Notes under the pieces: model-generated
What the model saw: the letters and a program-made list of their open reading frames with translations, nothing else
The model's database searches: none
What the model was told of the DNA's origin: nothing
Shown: positions 49,577 to 58,967 of the stretch, one piece after another
Layout of the letters: the number at the start of each line of letters is the position of its first letter
How positions within the stretch are numbered: position 1 is the stretch's first letter
From: a virus
Lineage: Duplodnaviria; Caudoviricetes
DNA length: 64,000 nucleotides
Virus record (IMG/VR): IMGVR_UViG_3300031994_000032
Coordinates: 67,748 to 131,747 of that record
Strand: one strand, 5' to 3'
Position numbers and translations under genes: made by a program

Positions 49577-49942
49577 TTATATCAAGTCAAGAGCTCCGTT
49601 ATTGCAGGTAACTTCAATTGTTATATTATGTCCATCACCTGGAACAAATTCAGTCATTTCGAAATCGTCACCAAATGCATTATATAATGCATCTTCAACC
49701 TTACTCTTAATATCCTCTAATGCATAAGTGTCATTTTCGATTTTTGTTTCATCAAGACTATATTTAAAAATTAAAGTCTGTCCTGATTCTGATTGAATTC
49801 CATTAGAACTGCTGTCTTCAATATAGTCTGAAAGACAATCATTAAGAACTGCTTCTACATGATCAGAACCTTCACTTTCATTAATTCCTTTTCCTTCCAA
49901 GAATGATTTGAAAGAAGGAAGTTGTATTTTACGTGTTTTCAT
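49577..49942 (-). CDS. small acidic protein with CTS-like tag
   Basis: LPSFKSFLEGKGINE. Confidence 0.65.
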   Translation of the reverse strand: MKTRKIQLPSFKSFLEGKGINESEGSDHVEAVLNDCLSDYIEDSSSNGIQSESGQTLIFKYSLDETKIENDTYALEDIKSKVEDALYNAFGDDFEMTEFVPGDGHNITIEVTCNNGALDLI

Positions 49943-49988
49943 AATTTTATCACAATTAGATTAATATATATTTAACTAAATAATTCAA

Positions 49989-51515
49989 TTACAGTCTTTC
50001 AGACTGGTCTTGCAATTTTTTCTTATAGTTTTCTATAAGTTTCTTAGCGTTCTCAATTGCAGCCTTTTGTTCTTCAGACTGGTACTTGATAGAGCTTACA
50101 GACTCGTTAAGGCTTTCAAGCATTGAAATATCCTTATCAAGAAGCATTTTCTTCATTTCATTGGTTGAAGAAACACTGTTGTATCTTATAAGGTCGTCAC
50201 GGAACACTTTCTTCATATCGACACCGTTCCATTTCGTCATGTCGTTCACAGCCTCATTAAGGTCTTTGTAGTCTTTGAACACAGATGTCTTGTCATTGAA
50301 ATACAATGCACAGAATTTATTATGGTTGTATTTGTGTTCGAAGAATATCACCTTGTTGTCAGTAAGCGAGTTACCATAGATACGGCATTTGAAGTATTTT
50401 GAAATATCAGCAATCTTGCTTCTGTTTTCAATGAACTGCATTATTTCACGCATCTTGTCAGTACGGTTATGGAATGTTGTAAACTGACGAGCTTCTTCTA
50501 TAAGGTCATATGTCGATATTGTCTTGTATTCACGGTCTTGAATCTGCAATATGTTTCGGCCTGGAAAGTATGTGATACCTTCCATGAACGAGAAGCTTTT
50601 ACTTGACATGTCATATTTGAATATTCCTGAAGCTTCAACCAAATTCTTGTAAGACATGAAATCAATATCGTTAATATCCTTACAGTCTGCAAAACGGCAT
50701 GGTCTGAAATATGTATAACCTTGTGTGTCACGAGGACTGTAGCAGTAAAGCTGGTTGTTCAGATGAAGATAAGTGTCTTCATTGAATTCCATAATAGGCA
50801 TATACATCTCGTTATATTCAATTAGGCTTGCTACAGGAGCTTTTTCCTTGGTCTGGGCGTCGAAATACTTCTTAATGAACGGAAGCTGTCTATATTGAGC
50901 GAAAACCTCGTCTATCGGCGTTCTTTCAGCATCAACAACTGAAATATTTTCACAAACCTCATTTATGAAGTTGATTGCGGAATCACGGAACAACACATTT
51001 GACTTGTAGGTTTCAGCAACCTTTATGAAACGCATAGCCTCTATCGCATAACGGTCTGAAAGAACCGTCTTGCTCACAGCCTCTATATAATCCTTTACAG
51101 GCTCAAGATAATTCGTGTATCTTGAAAGGGCGTTGCAGTAAGCGACAGCAGCCTCGTACACAGAAGTTGCCTTTAATCTGAAGTTTCTCTTAGTGTAGAT
51201 TTTTTCAAAATCCTCCATTATGGAAAGGACTTTGACACTGTTGACGTCATCCTTGTTTTCAGAAAGGACTTCTTTCAATTTTTCACAGTAGCTGCCGAAC
51301 TTTTTGATTCTTTCATTGTAATGTTTACGGAAGGCATCATCCTTACCGTATACCTTCTTTATGACATCCTCTATAAGCTTGCTGTCATACTGCATGTTAT
51401 GTAGCTCCAGTTCAGCTACATTCTTTTCGATACCTGACGCATACATCTGCATAGTCAAATCAACTATGTTGCCTTGCAATACGTTTTCAGGAAGTTTAAA
51501 TTTATCGTTTTCCAT
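49989..51515 (-). CDS. hypothetical late protein
   Basis: 508 aa; TATAAATA at 51552-51559. Confidence 0.7.
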   Translation of the reverse strand: MENDKFKLPENVLQGNIVDLTMQMYASGIEKNVAELELHNMQYDSKLIEDVIKKVYGKDDAFRKHYNERIKKFGSYCEKLKEVLSENKDDVNSVKVLSIMEDFEKIYTKRNFRLKATSVYEAAVAYCNALSRYTNYLEPVKDYIEAVSKTVLSDRYAIEAMRFIKVAETYKSNVLFRDSAINFINEVCENISVVDAERTPIDEVFAQYRQLPFIKKYFDAQTKEKAPVASLIEYNEMYMPIMEFNEDTYLHLNNQLYCYSPRDTQGYTYFRPCRFADCKDINDIDFMSYKNLVEASGIFKYDMSSKSFSFMEGITYFPGRNILQIQDREYKTISTYDLIEEARQFTTFHNRTDKMREIMQFIENRSKIADISKYFKCRIYGNSLTDNKVIFFEHKYNHNKFCALYFNDKTSVFKDYKDLNEAVNDMTKWNGVDMKKVFRDDLIRYNSVSSTNEMKKMLLDKDISMLESLNESVSSIKYQSEEQKAAIENAKKLIENYKKKLQDQSERL

Positions 51516-51567
51516 AGTCTTTAAAAAATTTAATTAAATGTTAGACATATATATTTATATAAAACAA

Positions 51568-51598
51568 GAAAACCCTCTGTAGGGCACAGAGGGTTTTC
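51568..51598. terminator. intrinsic terminator
   Basis: GAAAACCCTCTGT...ACAGAGGGTTTTC. Confidence 0.85.
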
Positions 51599-51665
51599 AA
51601 CCAACAAATTAACAAATAACAACAAGAACAGAAAGCAATAGCAATATAATATATTTTTCAAGAAA

Positions 51666-53033
51666 TTATATCAAACTTTCCAAAAACATTTTGAATGTCG
51701 GCAAATTTTTCATTTCATTCTGTTTGTTCCAAGTTCCTTCCCATTGAGAAGTCGCGTCAAAGTCACCACGCATCTTGTCACGAAGGTCGTCAATAGCAAC
51801 ATTGAAAGAAGCTTCCAAAGCCGCATCCTTCAAACCAATTTTCTCATTGACGAAATTCATTCTGTGGTTCTTACCGTCACCAATCTGGTATACGAAGCTC
51901 ATCATAAGGATTCTATCAGACACATAGCTTCTCCAGTCCTTCTCAGCCATTTTTGTCGCAATCATCTTATCAAGCTCGTTCATAGTCTTCGCAGGCTTCG
52001 GCTCGTTCGTAAAATATCTCTTGATTTTACGATAGATTTTGTCGTCTATAGGAATGACGTTTTTGTCGTCATTGTATGAAATGAAGTGAATTGCCTCACC
52101 GTACCAAACATTTCTCGCGCCCGTGTCATCCTTCGTATATGTAAGTTCGATATTACGAAGATTGTTTATATATGGGAGCTTTATGATTTCAAGGAATTCC
52201 TTTTCAGTAGGAGATTCTATAAGTCTTTCCTTCTCAATGTCTGTAAGCGAGTTAATATCTGCATAAGTACCAACACGTCCAGACCATTTAACATCATACT
52301 CTTTAATATAGTCTTCACGGTCCTTCGCATTTTTAGAGATTCTTACAAGTTCATCCCAAGGCTCAAGCTTCTTAGGCTCGCTAGCAACAACTGTAATGAA
52401 CTCTTCAGGAGTAGGTTCTGTTTTTATACGGTCCATAGCCGCGCCTGTGACATGATAACGTTTGCAATATACGTCAAGCTTCTTCATCCACATTGAAGAA
52501 GAATCTGAAATATATGCTTTTATCTTGTCAGGGTCTTTCGCAAAATCGACAATCATGCCTTTGACCTCATCCTTACCACCTTTGTAGTGTTTCTTGAAGT
52601 CAATCTGTTTAAACATAAAGTTTTGGATTGTGATAAGTTTGAAATCCCTTGCAGCGACAGGAGTAGTTGTCTTTTTAGACTTTACATAAATTCCCTTTAT
52701 ACCTTGATCATAGATATGCCTCAAGTTAGGGTCCAAGTCAGGGTCTGAAATGTCGATTTCCTCAACTTCAGTTCCCCTTGTGGCAATAACTTTGTCTCCG
52801 TCAGCTGAAAAACTGAAAGTGGACTTTGCAAGCATGTCACCTTTGTCTTCTATATTGATATACGAAATCTTGGCACCGCCGACACCAAGTCCGAATTTGA
52901 AATCTTTGTCGTTTACAAGTTTTAGCAAATCGTCAGGTGTTGTCACCTCGAATTTGTCAGTTCCTTTCATATAATAAGGCTTGATGTAATCCAAATCAGT
53001 AAGTTTCTTTTTTACAATTGTTTTTGTTTCCAT
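51666..53033 (-). CDS. hypothetical protein with C-terminal CTS-like tag
   Basis: 455 aa; ends MKNLPTFKMFLESLI. Confidence 0.7.
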   Translation of the reverse strand: METKTIVKKKLTDLDYIKPYYMKGTDKFEVTTPDDLLKLVNDKDFKFGLGVGGAKISYINIEDKGDMLAKSTFSFSADGDKVIATRGTEVEEIDISDPDLDPNLRHIYDQGIKGIYVKSKKTTTPVAARDFKLITIQNFMFKQIDFKKHYKGGKDEVKGMIVDFAKDPDKIKAYISDSSSMWMKKLDVYCKRYHVTGAAMDRIKTEPTPEEFITVVASEPKKLEPWDELVRISKNAKDREDYIKEYDVKWSGRVGTYADINSLTDIEKERLIESPTEKEFLEIIKLPYINNLRNIELTYTKDDTGARNVWYGEAIHFISYNDDKNVIPIDDKIYRKIKRYFTNEPKPAKTMNELDKMIATKMAEKDWRSYVSDRILMMSFVYQIGDGKNHRMNFVNEKIGLKDAALEASFNVAIDDLRDKMRGDFDATSQWEGTWNKQNEMKNLPTFKMFLESLI

Positions 53034-53119
53034 ATTCTTATCTGTTTTAATATATTTATTGTTTTGTTAATTTGTTTAATTTGTTAGGTAAATATAATAA
53101 ACAACATTTTAAATAAAAA

Positions 53120-53155
53120 GAATTCCTGACAAAAATTTTATTCTGTCAGGAATTC
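53120..53155 (-). terminator. intrinsic terminator after the thymidylate-synthase-like gene
   Basis: GAATTCCTGACA...TGTCAGGAATTC then T5 on minus. Confidence 0.8.
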
Positions 53156-53207
53156 AACCCAAAAGTAAATCATAGGTAACGAGGAACGTAACCTATTTTA
53201 TTTATGT

Positions 53208-53846
53208 TTAGACATTCAAGTCAAACTTGATGTTCTCACCACCAGCTAAAAGCTCTTTCGTCTTTTCCAAATTATTGTCGTAGATGTGGGCATTGCCGAT
53301 GTAGAACGTGATGTTCTTCAAAGGAATGTCAATCATTTTGGTGACAAGGTACATTTGGTAGATATCTGATGGAAGCCCCAAGTTTGAGTCACAGCTTCTT
53401 TGGTATACGGTCATCACTAATTCGCCGTTATCAATTTGAAACTGAAGTAATGACAGACATGGAAGCTGGTTGGTTTCAACACCTGTCTCTCCGATAAACA
53501 AGACATAGTTCTTTGAGTTTCTTTTCTCCCTATTGATTTTCTCAATCAGTTTCGGAAGCTTTTCGAAATATTTCGGATAGCTGTTCTTGAACTCTGGTTT
53601 GCAGTAGTCCCACCATGTTATTCCTACCTCATTGTATTTCTCAATGCTTACCTCGCCTGCCATGTATAAATCCAATTCCGCCTTCAGTTTCTTTTTGGCT
53701 ATTGGATGCGTCTCAAAAATTGCGAGTAGGTCTGCTGGTGACATACTAAGTTCTTCATTAATCAAGTAGGTGATACCGCCTTTCTTGTTTTCTTGATGTT
53801 TTCCGTTGTCTATAATTTTTTGCAACAGTTGATAATATTTGTTCAT
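53208..53846 (-). CDS. short thymidylate synthase-family protein (Asp at the substrate-specificity site)
   Basis: LPC, QFQI, YQRSCD..LGLPSD, GNAHIY. Confidence 0.88.
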   Translation of the reverse strand: MNKYYQLLQKIIDNGKHQENKKGGITYLINEELSMSPADLLAIFETHPIAKKKLKAELDLYMAGEVSIEKYNEVGITWWDYCKPEFKNSYPKYFEKLPKLIEKINREKRNSKNYVLFIGETGVETNQLPCLSLLQFQIDNGELVMTVYQRSCDSNLGLPSDIYQMYLVTKMIDIPLKNITFYIGNAHIYDNNLEKTKELLAGGENIKFDLNV

Positions 53847-53876
53847 AAATTTATTTTAAAGGTTAATACTAAAAAT

Positions 53877-54188
53877 TTATTCTGGATCGTTTTGGATACA
53901 GTCCCTGATAATTCTTTCCTTCTGAAGGATGTCGTAGTCAGCGAAGTGTTCCCATTCAACAAGCTTCATGTCAGGATCCGTATATTCCCCGTAGTAGTCG
54001 AAAATACCCAAACCTTCGATGCTCAATACAAAATGGCCTCTGATGACATCATAACAGATTTTGCCTCCGAAACGTGCTTGAAGGATTACTGCATAATAAT
54101 AGCAGTTGCCTGATGCCCAGTCGACATCTTTGAACCTTGAATTGAACTTTTTCAGAGATTCAAGGAATTTTTCTTTTGATTCGTTCAT
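53877..54188 (-). CDS. hypothetical protein
   Basis: 103 aa; GNCYYYA...GH...D; TATAAATA at 54245-54252. Confidence 0.65.
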   Translation of the reverse strand: MNESKEKFLESLKKFNSRFKDVDWASGNCYYYAVILQARFGGKICYDVIRGHFVLSIEGLGIFDYYGEYTDPDMKLVEWEHFADYDILQKERIIRDCIQNDPE

Positions 54189-54258
54189 AATTCTAATTAT
54201 TTAACAGTTAAACAATAATTTTTAATAAACAATGATTTCTAAAATATTTATAAAGATA

Positions 54259-54291
54259 ACGGCCATCAAGGTTTTAGTCCCTGACGGTCGT
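54259..54291 (-). terminator. probable terminator hairpin after the methyltransferase gene
   Basis: ACGACCGTCAGGG/CCTTGATGGCCGT, with G-U pairs on the minus strand. Confidence 0.55.
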
Positions 54292-54346
54292 CTGTATATA
54301 ATGAATTATATGGATAAGAACATATATAATAAACAACGTTTCATAA

Positions 54347-55090
54347 CTATATGAATAATGAATTACTTTCATCTTCAGGTTTTGCATATATTCCGTCGAT
54401 TCTCGATTTCGCGGTAATGAAGTATTCAGGATTTATTTCAATTCCTGTAAAGCTTCTGTCTCTGACATTTTTTACAGCCACACCTGTGGTTCCGGAACCC
54501 ATGAAAGGATCAAGCACCATATCTCCGGGACGGCTTGAAACCCTCACGAACCTTTCAATTATGTCGACAGGCTTTATCGTAGGGTGGTTGTAAAGTTTCT
54601 TGTCCTTCTGGTTTATCGGAGCCATGTAGAATGTCTTTGCGTCCTCATAGCTTTCAGGGTTGCAGAGCTTGTGTCCTCCTTCAAAGAAATACAGGCAGTA
54701 TTCAGTGTCTGTCAGGTATTTGCCGTTGTATGTAGGCAGGGCGTTCGTCTTATGCCAGCATATGATTTCAAATTTGCATTTGAGGTCGTTCACATAATAG
54801 TCGAAGTATTCAGGAATCTGTTTCTTGTTGCACCAGAAATATACATTGATGTGTTTCATCACCCTCATCACCTCATCCCTGAATGAACAGATGTCATAAC
54901 TATTGTCAATCCCTGCATTCACAATGTCGCTGTTGCTTTTGTCGAATCCTTTGTTATGATACAGCTTCCCGCCGTCGTGGTTGACCGACAGGTCATAAGG
55001 CGGATCCGTAATTATAAGGTCAACCGAATGGTCGGAAAGTGTTTTCATCGCGTCAAAGCAGTTTCCAAGTATAAGGGTCGTGTCATCCAT
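54347..55090 (-). CDS. beta-class N6-A/N4-C DNA methyltransferase
   Basis: DLIITDPPY ... HPTIKP ... DPFMGSGTT. Confidence 0.93.
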   Translation of the reverse strand: MDDTTLILGNCFDAMKTLSDHSVDLIITDPPYDLSVNHDGGKLYHNKGFDKSNSDIVNAGIDNSYDICSFRDEVMRVMKHINVYFWCNKKQIPEYFDYYVNDLKCKFEIICWHKTNALPTYNGKYLTDTEYCLYFFEGGHKLCNPESYEDAKTFYMAPINQKDKKLYNHPTIKPVDIIERFVRVSSRPGDMVLDPFMGSGTTGVAVKNVRDRSFTGIEINPEYFITAKSRIDGIYAKPEDESNSLFI

Positions 55091-55109
55091 ATTTCATTAA
55101 ACTTAAAAA

Positions 55110-55174
55110 GGACGGTCCGGCAGAGATTTAGAACTGAAAGTACTCTTAGAGATGGAAGAAACACCGAACCGTCC
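55110..55174 (-). other. GC-rich stem with a 41-nt loop in the MTase leader (candidate cis-regulatory RNA)
   Basis: GGACGGTTCGGT...GCCGGACCGTCC then TTTTT, about 20 nt before ATG. Confidence 0.6.
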
Positions 55175-55286
55175 AAAAAGAAAAAAAATTTATGAATTTA
55201 AAAAGTTATATATAATAAACAATGTTTATAGACTAAATTATAAAAATCACTCAAATTGTTTCATGAATTTCACTTTCATATACTTA

Positions 55287-55823
55287 TTATTCGATTTCGT
55301 CAAGTGTTTTGTATTCTGCAACAGGTTCTGGAAATTCTGGAAAGCCATAAAGAATGCTATCTCCAAGGTTTGAAATTACGACTGCTTTTGTCGTATCAAA
55401 TTTCAATATCGGACGTCCTGACGACTTGTCATAGTAGTCTGATTTGACAGCATCCAAATTCGCAAGCCATAAGAAATATTTTACATTTACTCCTGTCGTC
55501 TTTTGAACAGTTTTAAGAATATAGTCTGTGACTTTTTTAACAGACCATCTCTTAGGTTCCTCTTCGTCGCCTGTAGCAATCCAGTCATCGTCATATTCCC
55601 CCATGTCTATGGCGTTTTCAAGATCATCAAGGTTTTCATCACTTGAATCACAGTATAGCTCGTTGACAGTACTGAAAATGTCTGTATTGCCTGTTTCGAA
55701 TATCTCGTTTTGTATGACGTCATAAGGATTGATTCTTCTATCATAGTCAACACCATTGAATGCGTCGCATCTGTAGATGACTTCCTTATCAAGCATTTCT
55801 TTAAAAGTCTTTAAATTTTCCAT
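55287..55823 (-). CDS. hypothetical protein with CTS-like tag
   Basis: Likely start MENLKTFKEMLD. Confidence 0.65.
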   Translation of the reverse strand: MENLKTFKEMLDKEVIYRCDAFNGVDYDRRINPYDVIQNEIFETGNTDIFSTVNELYCDSSDENLDDLENAIDMGEYDDDWIATGDEEEPKRWSVKKVTDYILKTVQKTTGVNVKYFLWLANLDAVKSDYYDKSSGRPILKFDTTKAVVISNLGDSILYGFPEFPEPVAEYKTLDEIE

Positions 55824-55883
55824 AATTACCAAATTATTTTATAAGTTATAAAATCTTTTGTCAAATACTTATTTTTATTTATG

Positions 55884-56543
55884 TTAATCAAGTACATCGA
55901 TTTTATCAGACGTACATTCATCTTGTTCATCATATGTGTCATCTTCTTGGCCTTTATTGAACATGCTTAAAATGGATTTTAAATATCCGTCACACTCATC
56001 ATCAATTATTGAATACCGTACTTTCTTGTATATTTCAATATACTCCGTCACTATTGAATTCGCCTCATCTTTTGAAAGCTCTTTTATCTCGAAATGACGA
56101 GTTATGTCCTTACCCCAAAGTGTTGTTGTCTGAGTTTCATAAAAGCCTTTTTCAAAATTGGCTATTTCAAAATTCACATAGAATGGAGTATTGTGCTTTT
56201 CAAAATATGCTCCATTATTATTGTTGTTGAATACGATACATTTACTAAATTGGATTTTTTCATATGAAACATCTTGAATGATGCCAATTACTGTCTCACG
56301 CCAGTTCTCGCTTCTTGTCTCAGTATGCATGTAAATCTTTCCAATATTCGTACGGACACGTTTAATTGTGTCAGTTGACAGTGCTAAAAGTTTTTCTTCA
56401 AGCTTTCTTTTCTTTTCCCGAATACCTAACATGTATTCATTACTTTCTTTATCCAATCTGTTAATTTCTTCCTGAATGTCTTTTGTAGTTAGCGAAGGGT
56501 GTTCAGTCGTGAACATTTTTACTGTTTCTTGCATAATAGTCAA
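55884..56543 (-). CDS. hypothetical protein
   Basis: 219-aa ORF. Confidence 0.7.
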   Translation of the reverse strand: MTIMQETVKMFTTEHPSLTTKDIQEEINRLDKESNEYMLGIREKKRKLEEKLLALSTDTIKRVRTNIGKIYMHTETRSENWRETVIGIIQDVSYEKIQFSKCIVFNNNNNGAYFEKHNTPFYVNFEIANFEKGFYETQTTTLWGKDITRHFEIKELSKDEANSIVTEYIEIYKKVRYSIIDDECDGYLKSILSMFNKGQEDDTYDEQDECTSDKIDVLD

Positions 56544-56546
56544 TAG

Positions 56547-56939
56547 TTATATTTTAACAATTTTACTTATGAATTCGTCAGATGTTAGCTCGCAGTTCCA
56601 TAATTGCATAAGTGGCTCATAATTCATGTTGATGAATATGTTAGTCTTGATAAACTGTTCTGTGTTCAATGGATTGCTTTCAAGGGCTTCAAGGTTTGTA
56701 ACTCGTTCAATCCACACTGCACGTATTATGTCGTCAGTATCGATCATTCTTAAAAATGGTCTGTTACTTAACCATGTATGTCCCGGTATTTTAGTATATA
56801 CGAATATCGGAAGTCCTAAGCCTGTCGCATTTTTTGATAATGATGTCATACCGAAGCTCATAGAGGATTCAAGTCCTCTAAGTATTATATCAGGATTTTC
56901 TGTTCTATTGTTATTCATAAATTTTAATTTAAGGTACAT
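56547..56939 (-). CDS. hypothetical protein
   Basis: ORF; the true start is probably the second Met (MNNNR). Confidence 0.65.
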   Translation of the reverse strand: MYLKLKFMNNNRTENPDIILRGLESSMSFGMTSLSKNATGLGLPIFVYTKIPGHTWLSNRPFLRMIDTDDIIRAVWIERVTNLEALESNPLNTEQFIKTNIFINMNYEPLMQLWNCELTSDEFISKIVKI

Positions 56940-57072
56940 ATAATAAACAACGTTATTGTGTTGAATTGTCGGATTGTAGATAAAGTAATAAACTAGATAA
57001 ATTCTATAAATTTTATAATTTACAAAATGATAAAATTATAAATATAAATAAATTAAAGATTATATAATCTAT

Positions 57073-58335
57073 ATGATAAAGGCTTGGAATTACATAGTAT
57101 CAAATGACAGCAGATTAGACAAAATGATGTCTGATTCACTGGCAATCTATGACCAGGCATTGTATTATCAACGCCAGAAGTTCTTTGAGACGAAAGAACA
57201 AAAGAAAATTAAAACTTATTCATATAATGAACTTTGGAATATTGTAAAGAATGACTCCGCATATAAAGATTCAGGTTTGGATATAGGTCCAAAGACATAT
57301 GCAATAAGACAAGTGACGAATATGTGGTCTGCCTACATAAAAGCAAGAATTGAATATAAGAAGAATCCAAAGAAATTCAATGGTGAACCAAAAATACCAA
57401 ACTATCTATATAAAAAGAAATCTTTTAATTTAGTTCAGATAGATAAGTCCAGATTTAGAAAGAAAAATGATAAAGAAAATTCAATTCAAGTACCATGTTC
57501 TGATTACAAAATATCAATTCCAAAACAAATAAAACTTAAAGACGTTAGACAAGTAACAATACAGAAATTTTATGGAAAAACAAAAATTAATATAGTTTAT
57601 GAAGAAAGAGAGGTAAAGAAAAACAATTATGACCTAAATTCAAGCATAGGTATAGATCTTGGTATCAACAACTTATGTGCTATAACTGCAAATGACAAAT
57701 CCTTTTCATATGTCGTTAACGGTAGACCGTTGAAGTCGATGAACCAGTTCTATAACAAGAAACTTGCTGAAATGAAGTCAAAATTAGATGTATGCAATAA
57801 AGGACAATATACATCAAAAGCAATTCAAAGATTGAATGCAAAACGTCATAATAAGATAATGAACTATTTGCATAACACAAGTAGAGCTATCATTAATTTA
57901 TGTATTGAAAATAAAGTTGGGAACATTATTATTGGACACAATAATCAATGGAAGACTGAATGTAATATGTCTAAAGCCAACAACCAAAATTTTGTTCAGA
58001 TTCCGTTCAATACTTTGATAAACCAATTGCAATATAAAAGTCAAGAGTATACTGATTTATATGTTACAACAGTTGAAGAAAGCTATACTTCAAAATGCGA
58101 CCATTTAGTATTAGAAGAAATGAAACACCATGAAAATTATTCAGGCAAGCGAGTTAAACGTGGTTTATTCAAATCTTCTACTGGTAAATTATTAAATGCA
58201 GATATAAATGGTGCAATTGGTATGTTAAGAAAAGTAAATGCAATCACAGATGAACAATTATTGTTCTTACGTGACAGAGGTGACGTTGTATCGCCGGTAG
58301 TGTTAAATCCTTTAACCTACAAACAAAGTTTATAA
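57073..58335 (+). CDS. tnpB: TnpB RNA-guided nuclease (IS200/IS605 family, solo, no TnpA)
   Basis: RuvC I GIDLG, II VEESYTS, III NADINGA; KRGLF; C-terminal DRG.V..P. Confidence 0.93.
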   Translation: MIKAWNYIVSNDSRLDKMMSDSLAIYDQALYYQRQKFFETKEQKKIKTYSYNELWNIVKNDSAYKDSGLDIGPKTYAIRQVTNMWSAYIKARIEYKKNPKKFNGEPKIPNYLYKKKSFNLVQIDKSRFRKKNDKENSIQVPCSDYKISIPKQIKLKDVRQVTIQKFYGKTKINIVYEEREVKKNNYDLNSSIGIDLGINNLCAITANDKSFSYVVNGRPLKSMNQFYNKKLAEMKSKLDVCNKGQYTSKAIQRLNAKRHNKIMNYLHNTSRAIINLCIENKVGNIIIGHNNQWKTECNMSKANNQNFVQIPFNTLINQLQYKSQEYTDLYVTTVEESYTSKCDHLVLEEMKHHENYSGKRVKRGLFKSSTGKLLNADINGAIGMLRKVNAITDEQLLFLRDRGDVVSPVVLNPLTYKQSL

Positions 58336-58528
58336 ATTTTATTTAATTTATACATTTTGATACATTAATCCAGTATCTTTCAGACCCACTGTCGTCAATG
58401 AAATATTCAGGCGTGATTGTATCATTTCCGTCATCAAAAATATCGAGGAAACTGTCAGTGTCATCAATCCATTCTTCTTCACTGAATTTGTCAATCAGAT
58501 CTGAAAATGTTTTAGAAATTTCAACACC

Positions 58529-58924
58529 TTAATTTATGTTATTGATTCTGTGCATGTTCTGCATAAGGAAATCAATATTTGAGAAATTGAAAACATATTT
58601 CAAAATCCTTACAAGCTCTTCAATGGATGTAGCTATTATCCAATCTTTTCTTACACTGTCATAAGATGATGTTTTAAACCAATCTGATTTAAAAATATAG
58701 TATCCCTTGTCTGCAGGAATCAATCCCTCATCATCGTCAAAGATATACGGGTTTCCGGTCAAAGTCAATTCAGTTATACCGTCATACTTACACCCCAGTT
58801 TGTTAGGGAATTCTTTGTTGTACATGTAGATTTTGTCTCCATTGACAAGTTCTGAGAATGTCTTTGATGAATCTGCATAGCTGACATTTTCCAAAACCTG
58901 CTTGAATGTTTTCAAATTTTTCAT
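58529..58924 (-). CDS. hypothetical protein with CTS-like tag
   Basis: MKNLKTFKQVLE; TATAAATA at 58955-58962. Confidence 0.7.
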   Translation of the reverse strand: MKNLKTFKQVLENVSYADSSKTFSELVNGDKIYMYNKEFPNKLGCKYDGITELTLTGNPYIFDDDEGLIPADKGYYIFKSDWFKTSSYDSVRKDWIIATSIEELVRILKYVFNFSNIDFLMQNMHRINNIN

Positions 58925-58967
58925 AATTAGAAATAAATTTATATTTTACTAAACTATTTATAACTAA

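Noticed and set aside
55110-55174. tRNA or known riboswitch
   Set aside because: No cloverleaf and no SAM/preQ1 consensus recognisable by eye; kept only as an unclassified structure
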